A DNA stretch of 33,239 bases from positions 1 to 33,239 of the forward strand of contig DAIRDK010000002.1 of assembly GCA_036796175.1 (NCBI GenBank), read 5' to 3'. Below the pieces are notes generated by a model that saw only the letters and a program-made list of their open reading frames with translations, ran no database searches and had not been told where the DNA came from. The translations under genes and the position numbers were made by a program. Positions 8,084 to 15,380 of the stretch are shown in pieces. Within the stretch, counting starts at the first letter, position 1. Each line of letters begins with the position of its first letter. The stretch comes from Bacteroidales bacterium (GTDB taxonomy: Bacteria > Bacteroidota > Bacteroidia > Bacteroidales > FEN-979).

Positions 8084-8632
8084 GTGAATGAGTTGACGAT
8101 TAGGCAGTACGATGGCGTGCTGGCCGCCTGCCGGGAGATCTTTGCCGTGAAAATGAAAGATTACGGAACTGCGTGGAGAATCCTGCGGACGCCAAGCCTC
8201 ACAGACCAGATTTATATTAAGGCACAGCGCATCCGCAGCATTGAGGAGAAAGGGGTAGCGCATGTCAACGAGGGGATCCGGGAGGAGTTCATCGGCATTG
8301 TCAACTATTCCATCATCGCTCTCATTCAGATGGAACTCGGCACGGAAACCGAGCTTGCCCTGGATCCGGCCAGGGGAGAGGAATTGTACAGGAATTACGG
8401 CGAAAGAGCTAAGGAGTTGATGCTCAGGAAGAACCATGATTATGGCGAAGCCTGGCGGAACATGAGGGGCAGTTCACTCACCGACATCATCCTGATGAAA
8501 CTCATGCGCATCAAACAGATCGAGGATAACCTGGGCAGGACATTCATTTCCGAAGGGGTGGATGCAAATTATTACGACATCATCAACTATGCGCTCTTTG
8601 CATTAATCAAAATCGACCATGAAGGTACTTAG
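8084..8632 (+). CDS. DUF1599 domain protein
   Basis: 182 aa with an internal duplication (KDYGTAWRILRTPSLTDQIYIKAQRIRSIE and HDYGEAWRNMRGSSLTDIILMKLMRIKQIE), as in DUF1599. It has a GTG start, and no in-frame ATG is nearby. Confidence 0.75.
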   Translation: MNELTIRQYDGVLAACREIFAVKMKDYGTAWRILRTPSLTDQIYIKAQRIRSIEEKGVAHVNEGIREEFIGIVNYSIIALIQMELGTETELALDPARGEELYRNYGERAKELMLRKNHDYGEAWRNMRGSSLTDIILMKLMRIKQIEDNLGRTFISEGVDANYYDIINYALFALIKIDHEGT

Positions 8633-9731
8633 AACACTGTTCAGGATACTCGTAGGGCTTGTTTTCATCTTTTCCGGTTTTGTGAAAGGAGTCGATCCGC
8701 TTGGCACCGTTTACAGGATGGATGATTATTTCATCGCTTTCGGGACTACCTGGGCTATGCCGCTGTCGCTCTACCTTTCCATCTTTTTGTGCACGCTGGA
8801 ATTTGTCATTGGAATCAGCCTTCTTTTTAACCTGCAGATCAAACGAACCGCCTGGATCCTCCTCCCGGTCATGACCTTTTTTACTATACTGACCTTCTTC
8901 GATGCGCTGTACAACCTGGTTCCCGATTGCGGCTGCTTTGGCGATGCGCTTAAACTGACCAACGTCCAGACATTCATCAAGAACCTTATCCTGATGGGTT
9001 TCGTGATCCCGATCTTCATCTGGAGAAAGCAATACAAACCCGTTGTCCCGGCCTGGACCCGGAACCTGGTCCTGACCGTGTTCGCGGTGATGTTTGCCGC
9101 CATGGCGGTTCATGCCTACCGCTATCTTCCGCTTATCGATTTCATGGATTGGAAGATCGGCAACCAAGTGAACAAAACGGCAGACAAACCGGTGAAATTC
9201 TATGTTACTTTCAAGAATACCAGGACGGGTGAAACACAGGAGTACCTTGCCCCCAACTATCCCTGGAATGACAGCGTATGGATGTCGCAATGGGTGTTCG
9301 TTTCCCAGCGGCCGGCTGACGAAAGTGCCGTGAACACGATGACCCTCCGGATTGAAGATGAAACCGGGGCCGATCTTACTTCTTCCATCCTGGGCATTCC
9401 GGATTATCATTTCATCGCCGTTTCATATGATCTGACCAAGGCCGACACGGGCGCCCTGATGAAACTGGAATCCCTGTACCGGCTTGCTTCCGCGGATGGG
9501 TATTCGTTCATCGCGCTGACCAGCACGCTGCCTGAGCAGGTGAATGTGATCCGGGAGCAGAACAGGCTGGACATGCCTTTTTACTTTGCCGACGACGTGA
9601 TCCTGAAAACCATGGTCCGCTCCAATCCCGGGCTGATCCTGCTGAACAACGGCGTGGTTGTGGCGAAATGGCCCTGGAGGGACCTGCCGCTGTATGATGA
9701 CCTGATCAGGAAATATGTAAAGGGCAGGTAG
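8619..9731 (+). CDS. DoxX-like membrane protein with C-terminal thioredoxin-fold-like region (BT_3928 type)
   Basis: 370 aa. The N-terminal half is multi-TM (LVGLVFIFSGFVKGVDPLG, CGCFGD) and the C-terminal half is soluble. It overlaps the end of the DUF1599 gene by 14 nt. Confidence 0.65.
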   Translation: MKVLRTLFRILVGLVFIFSGFVKGVDPLGTVYRMDDYFIAFGTTWAMPLSLYLSIFLCTLEFVIGISLLFNLQIKRTAWILLPVMTFFTILTFFDALYNLVPDCGCFGDALKLTNVQTFIKNLILMGFVIPIFIWRKQYKPVVPAWTRNLVLTVFAVMFAAMAVHAYRYLPLIDFMDWKIGNQVNKTADKPVKFYVTFKNTRTGETQEYLAPNYPWNDSVWMSQWVFVSQRPADESAVNTMTLRIEDETGADLTSSILGIPDYHFIAVSYDLTKADTGALMKLESLYRLASADGYSFIALTSTLPEQVNVIREQNRLDMPFYFADDVILKTMVRSNPGLILLNNGVVVAKWPWRDLPLYDDLIRKYVKGR

Positions 9732-9757
9732 CAGATTGCAGGTGGCGGGGATAAGGT

Positions 9758-9811
9758 CGGACAACGAACAACGAACAACGAACATCGAACGCCGAACATC
9801 GAACAACGATC
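9758..9811. repeat. Heptamer array CGGACAA/CGAACAA x2/CGAACAT/CGAACGC/CGAACAT/CGAACAA/CGATC, ending directly at the ATG at 9812
   Basis: Read directly from the sequence. It belongs to the same unit family as 7461-7493. Confidence 0.95.
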
Positions 9812-10891
9812 ATGGTTCGTTTCATTTTAAAACGTCTTAGATACGGCTTCTGGGTACTCCTCGGGGTGGTTTGCCTGATCTTCTTCCTGTTCAACATTCT
9901 TCCAGGAGATCCGGCGCGGATGATGCTGGGACAGCGGGCGGATGTGGCTTCGGTGGAAGCGATCAACAAGGATCTGGGACGCGATAAACCGTTGCCCGTG
10001 CAGTTCCTGAATTACTTGAATGACCTCTCGCCGCTGTCGGTGCATGTCAATAATGACCCGGCGAGTTACTGGTACCTCGACCCGTCGAAGTACCGTCACC
10101 AATTAAGGCTGGTCAGACTGGGCAGTCATACGGTGGTGATCAAGGAACCCTACCTGCGGCGGTCCTACCAGTCTAAACGAGACGTGTCGGCGATCCTGGC
10201 CGAAGCCTTCGTCAATACCTCGATCCTGGCTGTTGTTTCGATGGCCTTTGCGATGATCCTCGGTATCGGGATCGGCATTCTCTGCGCCCTCAGACCAAAT
10301 ACCGTGTTCGACCGCACTGCCCTGGTGCTCTCGGTGTTCGGTATGTCCCTTCCTTCGTTCTTTGCCGCCATCCTCATCGCGTGGATCTTCGCGTTCCTGC
10401 TGGGCGGGCACACCGGGCTGAACATGACCGGCAGTCTCTTTTCGGTTGACGACCTGGGGCGGGGCGAGTACCTCGACCTGAAGAACCTCATCCTGCCTGC
10501 GCTTACGCTCGGCATCCGACCGCTGGCCATCGTGACCGAACTGACCCGTAACTCGATGCTGGAAGTTCTTTCCCAGGATTATATCCGCACCGCCAGGGCC
10601 AAAGGGCTGAAGAACCATACCATCCTCCTCAAACATGCGCTAAAGAATGCACTGAACCCGGTCGTCACCGCTGTTTCAGGATGGCTGGCCTCCCTGCTCG
10701 CCGGGGCAGTCTTCGTGGAATTCGTCTTCGACTGGAAAGGGATCGGAGTGGTGATCGTCAACGCACTCAACAAATACGATTTCCCGGTGATCATGGGAGC
10801 GGTCCTCTTCATCGCCGTGATCCTGATCGTGATCAACATCCTTGTAGATATCACCTATGGACTCCTCGACCCCAGGGTCAGGGTGCAATAA
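9812..10891 (+). CDS. ABC transporter permease, peptide/nickel (DppB/OppB-like) family
   Basis: 359 aa. The N-terminus FILKRLRYGFWVLLGVVCLIFFLFNILPGDPA and the EAA-loop region LSQDYIRTARAKGLK are typical of the family. Confidence 0.85.
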   Translation: MVRFILKRLRYGFWVLLGVVCLIFFLFNILPGDPARMMLGQRADVASVEAINKDLGRDKPLPVQFLNYLNDLSPLSVHVNNDPASYWYLDPSKYRHQLRLVRLGSHTVVIKEPYLRRSYQSKRDVSAILAEAFVNTSILAVVSMAFAMILGIGIGILCALRPNTVFDRTALVLSVFGMSLPSFFAAILIAWIFAFLLGGHTGLNMTGSLFSVDDLGRGEYLDLKNLILPALTLGIRPLAIVTELTRNSMLEVLSQDYIRTARAKGLKNHTILLKHALKNALNPVVTAVSGWLASLLAGAVFVEFVFDWKGIGVVIVNALNKYDFPVIMGAVLFIAVILIVINILVDITYGLLDPRVRVQ

Positions 10892-10904
10892 AAAAAGAAG
10901 AATT

Positions 10905-11678
10905 ATGAGAAACAAGATCGTTGCAGGAAACTGGAAAATGAACAAGACCTTCCGGGAAGCGGAAGATCTCCTGAATGAATTATATGAAGGGTTGGAAACC
11001 CTCGACCTGGGTTCGGTGCAGGTGATCCTGTGCGTACCTTTCCCTTACCTTGAGCTGGCCACCGATTTTGCCGAAGACACGCGGTTCATGGTGGGTTCGC
11101 AAAATGTAAGCGACCGCGACTGGGGCGCTTTTACGGGTGAAGTCTCGGCGCCTATGCTGAAATCTCTGGGTGTCGACTTCACCGTTATCGGCCACAGCGA
11201 GCGGAGGAAATATTTTAACGAGTCGGCGGAATTCCTTAAGGGAAAGACCGAGACTGCGCTGCGCCATGGGCTGGGCCCGATCTTTTGCTGCGGGGAGGTC
11301 CTGCCCGAACGCGAAGCCGGGAAGCATTTCGAGATCGTGAAGACTCAACTCGTGGAATCCCTGTTCCACCTGGCGCCTGAAGATTTCCGCCAGGTGATCA
11401 TTGCCTATGAGCCCGTGTGGGCGATCGGCACAGGCGTCAATGCCACCCCCGGTCAGGCGCAGGAGATGCACGCCGCCATCCGTTCCTGGATCCGGGAAAC
11501 CTATGGCGACAAAACCGCGGACGAAACGATCATCCTGTACGGTGGGAGCTGCAACGCCTCCAATGCCGGGGAACTCTTCGCGCAACCTGATGTGGACGGC
11601 GGTTTGATCGGCGGAGCCTCACTAAAGGGGGAGGAGTTTCTGCAGATCATTAAAGCTGCCGGAGCAAAGGAGGGGTAA
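10905..11678 (+). CDS. tpiA: Triosephosphate isomerase
   Basis: Starts at ATG 10905 (MRNKIVAGNWKMN). Motifs are GHSERR and AYEPVWAIGTG. Confidence 0.95.
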   Translation: MRNKIVAGNWKMNKTFREAEDLLNELYEGLETLDLGSVQVILCVPFPYLELATDFAEDTRFMVGSQNVSDRDWGAFTGEVSAPMLKSLGVDFTVIGHSERRKYFNESAEFLKGKTETALRHGLGPIFCCGEVLPEREAGKHFEIVKTQLVESLFHLAPEDFRQVIIAYEPVWAIGTGVNATPGQAQEMHAAIRSWIRETYGDKTADETIILYGGSCNASNAGELFAQPDVDGGLIGGASLKGEEFLQIIKAAGAKEG

Positions 11679-11679
11679 A

Positions 11680-11725
11680 CGTAGTACGTAGTACGTAATA
11701 CGTAGTACGTACCACGTCCCACGAA
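11680..11725. repeat. Heptamer array CGTAGTA x2/CGTAATA/CGTAGTA/CGTACCA/CGTCCCA/CGAAC..
   Basis: Read directly from the sequence. It occupies the entire convergent gap between the tpiA stop (11678) and the DUF1003 gene stop (11726). Confidence 0.95.
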
Positions 11726-12415
11726 CTACTTTTTACGTAAAATCTCCTCCATCATCTCAATCTGGACCTGCTGTATCTCCATCAGTTCCTGTTGCTGGTG
11801 CAGGATCAGGTGATCGAGTTTTTCATGGATCAGACGGACCTCGAGTTCCGATTTCAGGTTGATCATATAGTCTTTCCTTGCCCGTTCACGGTCCTTTTCC
11901 TCCTGCCGGTTCTGGCTCATCATGATCACAGGCGCCTGGAGAGCGGCAATGCAGGAGAGGATAAGGTTCAGGAGGATGAAGGGATAAGGATCGAATGCTT
12001 TGTTGGCGAGCCAGAAAATATTCACGCAGATCCAGAGAACCAGGAATCCCATGAAGAGGAGGATGAAGGTCCAGCTGCCGCCGAAATCCGCGACCTTGTC
12101 GGCCACCCGCTGACCGAGAGTCAGTTTCTGCCGGTCGTCGCCGTCGAGCTTGTCGGAAAGAACGCTGCCCTCCTTCATCGAATTGAGTACCTCGTTTTCC
12201 AGTTCGGAGAGTTCGCCCATCTCACGCACCATAAGTTCGGATATGTATTTCTCCCGGTACCGGTTCAACTCGCTGATGGCAAGGAAATGATCATCGCCGA
12301 AATCGGGGTGGTCCCTCCGGATCAGTTCCAGGATCCCCGGTCTGACCGCAATTCCCTGGACCTTCTCGGAATCAGGGAATGTTTCTTTCGACAGGTCGCT
12401 GATGAATGTATCCAT
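11726..12415 (-). CDS. DUF1003 membrane protein
   Basis: Has two TM helices (GGSWTFILLFMGFLVLWICVNIFWL, YPFILLNLILSCIAALQAPVIMMSQNRQ) followed by a coiled coil. The ORF track start 12454 would overlap the upstream gene by 35 nt, whereas ATG 12415 (MDTFISD) lies 4 nt after the upstream stop. Confidence 0.7.
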   Translation of the reverse strand: MDTFISDLSKETFPDSEKVQGIAVRPGILELIRRDHPDFGDDHFLAISELNRYREKYISELMVREMGELSELENEVLNSMKEGSVLSDKLDGDDRQKLTLGQRVADKVADFGGSWTFILLFMGFLVLWICVNIFWLANKAFDPYPFILLNLILSCIAALQAPVIMMSQNRQEEKDRERARKDYMINLKSELEVRLIHEKLDHLILHQQQELMEIQQVQIEMMEEILRKK

Positions 12416-12419
12416 GGCT

Positions 12420-12959
12420 TTATTCTTGGATAAAACGGAGTTTGTTATCTTCAACCAGGTACATCATCGGAGCGATCGTGATCCGGGGGTAGCGCAATCG
12501 CAGCCGTCGGGCTTCAGATAGCGTAAAATCGATCTCGTTACCGATCTCGAACATCGGGGCGAAGTTCATGAACTGGTTCTCCGCCTGCTCACGATCCCAG
12601 CCGCTGGCCTGGATGAGCCCGAGGATGAATGATTCCTTCTTTGACATCAGGTTCACCATACCACAATGGTTGTGCCCGATCAGCGCGATGTGGCGGACTC
12701 CGCCGATGGCGATCGCAAAGGATACCTTAAACTCGCTGAACCGGAGGTTGGCCCCTCCCGACCTGATGATGAACGCAAAATTCTCGGGAATGTGCAGATG
12801 TTTGCGGTTATCCATGCACATCCCCGCCAAAAGCTGCGCGGTTTGATAAGTTTCGAAAGGCCGGCCGAGATTATGGTATTCCACCAACAGGCCAATGGGT
12901 GTACCGCGGTAGTCGGACGGGATATCCGCTTCACTCAGGATATGGATCAGTCGCTTCAT
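12420..12959 (-). CDS. Beta-class carbonic anhydrase-like protein
   Basis: 179 aa. Zinc-ligand motifs CxDxR (CMDNR) and HxxC (HNHCG) occur at the appropriate spacing. Confidence 0.6.
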   Translation of the reverse strand: MKRLIHILSEADIPSDYRGTPIGLLVEYHNLGRPFETYQTAQLLAGMCMDNRKHLHIPENFAFIIRSGGANLRFSEFKVSFAIAIGGVRHIALIGHNHCGMVNLMSKKESFILGLIQASGWDREQAENQFMNFAPMFEIGNEIDFTLSEARRLRLRYPRITIAPMMYLVEDNKLRFIQE

Positions 12960-12969
12960 GGTTTCTGTT

Positions 12970-14556
12970 TTACCGGATAATGATTTTACAGGCCGATCGA
13001 CTGTGATCCGTATTCATCCTGGCGATGTAAATGCCTGGTTCCAGGTTGCGGACATCAATACTGACTGTTTCATTTCCGCAAGCGAAAGTCATCCGGATCC
13101 GGCCTGTACAGTCCAGGATCTCCAGCAACCCGGGCCGGGATGCCGTCACGGTGATCCGGTCGCCGGCCGGGTTTGGCCGGATCATCAGATCTTCCGGAAT
13201 TCCCGGCTCCTGTTCCGGGACCGGCGTCATGGTCGAATCGCTGAGGTTGGACCTGCGGCGGACATCATGCTGGAACATCGTCCAGGCCGGGCCGCGTCCT
13301 GCACCAGCCGAGATCATGTAGCCCCTGCCGTAATTATCCTGGAAGTTGGGGTACTCGGTATGACCGCCTACCAGGAAAATATCAATGGTATTGTCATTGT
13401 CGAAGTCGGCGATCACCGGTGCATGGTCGATCTCAAACGGATTGCCGTAATGGGCGGCCAGGTCGAGGTTGAAGATCACCGAGCCGTCATCGCCGTGCAG
13501 CGCGATCACCTTCCCGTTACTCGTTCCGAACGCCAGGTCGGGCATGTCGTCCCCGTCGATGTCGGCGATGGCGACTCCGCGGAATGCATTGCCATTACCG
13601 GGGATGGGGTAATACCAGTTGAGATCGCCGCCGGAGGTTAAAGAGCCCACACCCCACGCGTCACAGAAGACCACCTCGCTGAGCCCGTCGCTGTCGAGAT
13701 CGGCAATGGAAGCAGGTGCGCCGATGTAATAGTCGCCCTGGTAGTCCCAGGCTTTGCTGCCATCCTCGCCATTGAAGACGTACAGTTTGCCGTCGTACGA
13801 CCCGATGACCAGTTCGGGCTTGCTGTCACCGTCCAGATCGGCCACGGCGGTTCCATGGTAAACGACGTCAGGAAGCGGTTCCGACCACATCAGGGAGTGA
13901 TCGGTTCCCCGGTAAGCATAGACCCTGCTGGTGTCGTTCCCGAACGCCCAGGTGGCCACCACGAAAGCAAGGTTCCCGTCGCCATCCAGGTCTTCGATAG
14001 TGGGGGCTGTCTGCACCCAGGAGTTGTTGTTCACGGTAAGCGACCAGGCCACACTGCCATTTTCGCCGTTGATACACAGTACATGCCCGTCGAACCCGCC
14101 GTGCAGGATCTCCGGATTGACGTTCCCGTCCAGGTCGGCCACGGTCGGCGGGGAGTCGCTCCCTGCCGTTGGCGTTTGCCACTGTACGGCCCCGTTCGAG
14201 CCCCGGAAGCAGAAGGTCTTCGGGTTGCAGGAAGAGGGTACGATCACCTCGAGGCTGTCATCGCCGTCCATGTCGTACAACACCGGGGCCACGTCGTTAC
14301 AGCCTTCCGCTCCTGCAGGATGAGTATTGTATTTCCACAGCAGGGATCCGTCCTCGGCATTCAGTGCGTAAACACAGCTGTCGTTCCGGTAACAGCCGAA
14401 GACGACCTCGAATCGCCCGTCGCCGTCGATATCGCCAGCTGCGGTCTGCCCGAATGAAGCATCATGGGTGTCAAACCACCATTTGATCTGCGGGAACTGG
14501 GCTTCTGCCTGAACAAAACATAAACATATAAGGAAGGTTACAATGGTCTGTTTCAT
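12970..14556 (-). CDS. FG-GAP/VCBS repeat protein with T9SS C-terminal sorting domain
   Basis: Signal peptide MKQTIVTFLICLCFVQAEA. Has repeated Ca-binding FG-GAP motifs (DIDGDG, DMDGDD, DLDGDG, DLDGDS, DLDSDG, DIDGDD). The C-terminal ~75 aa are a Por_Secre_tail-like domain (IRPNPAGDRITV...GIYIARM...KIIIR). Confidence 0.8.
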   Translation of the reverse strand: MKQTIVTFLICLCFVQAEAQFPQIKWWFDTHDASFGQTAAGDIDGDGRFEVVFGCYRNDSCVYALNAEDGSLLWKYNTHPAGAEGCNDVAPVLYDMDGDDSLEVIVPSSCNPKTFCFRGSNGAVQWQTPTAGSDSPPTVADLDGNVNPEILHGGFDGHVLCINGENGSVAWSLTVNNNSWVQTAPTIEDLDGDGNLAFVVATWAFGNDTSRVYAYRGTDHSLMWSEPLPDVVYHGTAVADLDGDSKPELVIGSYDGKLYVFNGEDGSKAWDYQGDYYIGAPASIADLDSDGLSEVVFCDAWGVGSLTSGGDLNWYYPIPGNGNAFRGVAIADIDGDDMPDLAFGTSNGKVIALHGDDGSVIFNLDLAAHYGNPFEIDHAPVIADFDNDNTIDIFLVGGHTEYPNFQDNYGRGYMISAGAGRGPAWTMFQHDVRRRSNLSDSTMTPVPEQEPGIPEDLMIRPNPAGDRITVTASRPGLLEILDCTGRIRMTFACGNETVSIDVRNLEPGIYIARMNTDHSRSACKIIIR

Positions 14557-14569
14557 GCCTTGCTTTGAT

Positions 14570-15253
14570 TTAGTTCTTACAGATCCTGGTGCGGAGGGTC
14601 TGCTCGCCGATTTGAACCGTAACCAGGTACATCTGCTTTGCCAGGGGCCGGAGGTTTAATGTCGTTTCATTCTTTCCAGTCACAATCCCGAGGACCTGCC
14701 GGCCTGTCATGTCCGAAATCGTTATGGTCTTCACTCCGGGAAGGTTCGTTGAGATGGTTAACAGACCATCGGTGGGATTCGGGTATGCATCCAGGGAAAT
14801 GGGTTCCTGTGGTTTGATTTCCCCGTTTCCGGTCACCAGGCAACTGCTTTGATACCCGTCTTTCGCTTGATAGGTCGGGTACGTATTGGGATCAACGATC
14901 TCGAACGTGACACTCCCGACATAGTAGGGCAGCGTGCTTCCTGCCTGGGTGTAATAAACGTTGACCGAATAGTGGCCGGGGCGAAGTGAATCGACGGTCA
15001 CAGACAAGTTGAAGTCGCAATAGCAGTAAGCCCAGGCCCCGACGTCCTTCTGCAACCATTTCAGGGTATTGCCGGTCAGGGTGGTCACATACATCTCATA
15101 GACCGCCCCGCAGTTTCGATTCGCCGTATCGTCACGGAGAATGACCGTATCCCCGTGAACCTCGGCTGTCAGCTTATCTTCAAGCGGCAAGGCAGACTGT
15201 CCCAGGCCGATCAGGGGAACCAGGTACAGCCCAAAGCAAATGAACTTTTTCAT
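14570..15253 (-). CDS. Secreted protein with T9SS C-terminal sorting domain
   Basis: Start is probably ATG 15253 (MKKFICFGLYLVPLIGLGQS). The C-terminus LDAYPNPTDGLLTIS...ITISDMTGRQV...MYLVTVQIGEQTLRTRICKN is CTD-like. Confidence 0.65.
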   Translation of the reverse strand: MKKFICFGLYLVPLIGLGQSALPLEDKLTAEVHGDTVILRDDTANRNCGAVYEMYVTTLTGNTLKWLQKDVGAWAYCYCDFNLSVTVDSLRPGHYSVNVYYTQAGSTLPYYVGSVTFEIVDPNTYPTYQAKDGYQSSCLVTGNGEIKPQEPISLDAYPNPTDGLLTISTNLPGVKTITISDMTGRQVLGIVTGKNETTLNLRPLAKQMYLVTVQIGEQTLRTRICKN

Positions 15254-15330
15254 TGGCCCGATTAATAAGTACACCCCCTAAAGATACAGTAATTTTTAAT
15301 GAATCGCAGCACCTCAATATGCTATCATAA

Positions 15331-15380
15331 CTTTTCACTCCTGCCTGTCGGCAGGCAGGCTTCACTCTTCACTCTTCATT
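15331..15380. repeat. Copy B (inverted) of the palindrome-containing AGTGAAR element
   Basis: The sequence cttttcact-CCTGCCTG-TCGG-CAGGCAGG-cttcactcttcactcttcatt has its palindrome at 15340-15359. 15331-15372 is the exact reverse complement of 4685-4726. The stop codon of the 390-aa gene (15362-15364) lies inside a repeat unit. Confidence 0.9.

Noticed and set aside
8607-9410. 267-aa minus-strand ORF
   Set aside because: It is antisense to the multi-TM DoxX-like gene and has charged, low-complexity shadow composition.
9423-9969. Minus-strand ORFs 9423-9806, 9581-9799 and 9706-9969 (MFDVRRSMFVVRCS..., MFGVRCSLFVVRC...)
   Set aside because: Their N-termini are translated heptamer repeats and the remainder is antisense to real genes.
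12958-14457. Plus-strand ORFs 12958-13641, 13855-14457 and 13931-14323
   Set aside because: They are antisense to the FG-GAP/T9SS gene, whose repeats and C-terminal domain are clear.
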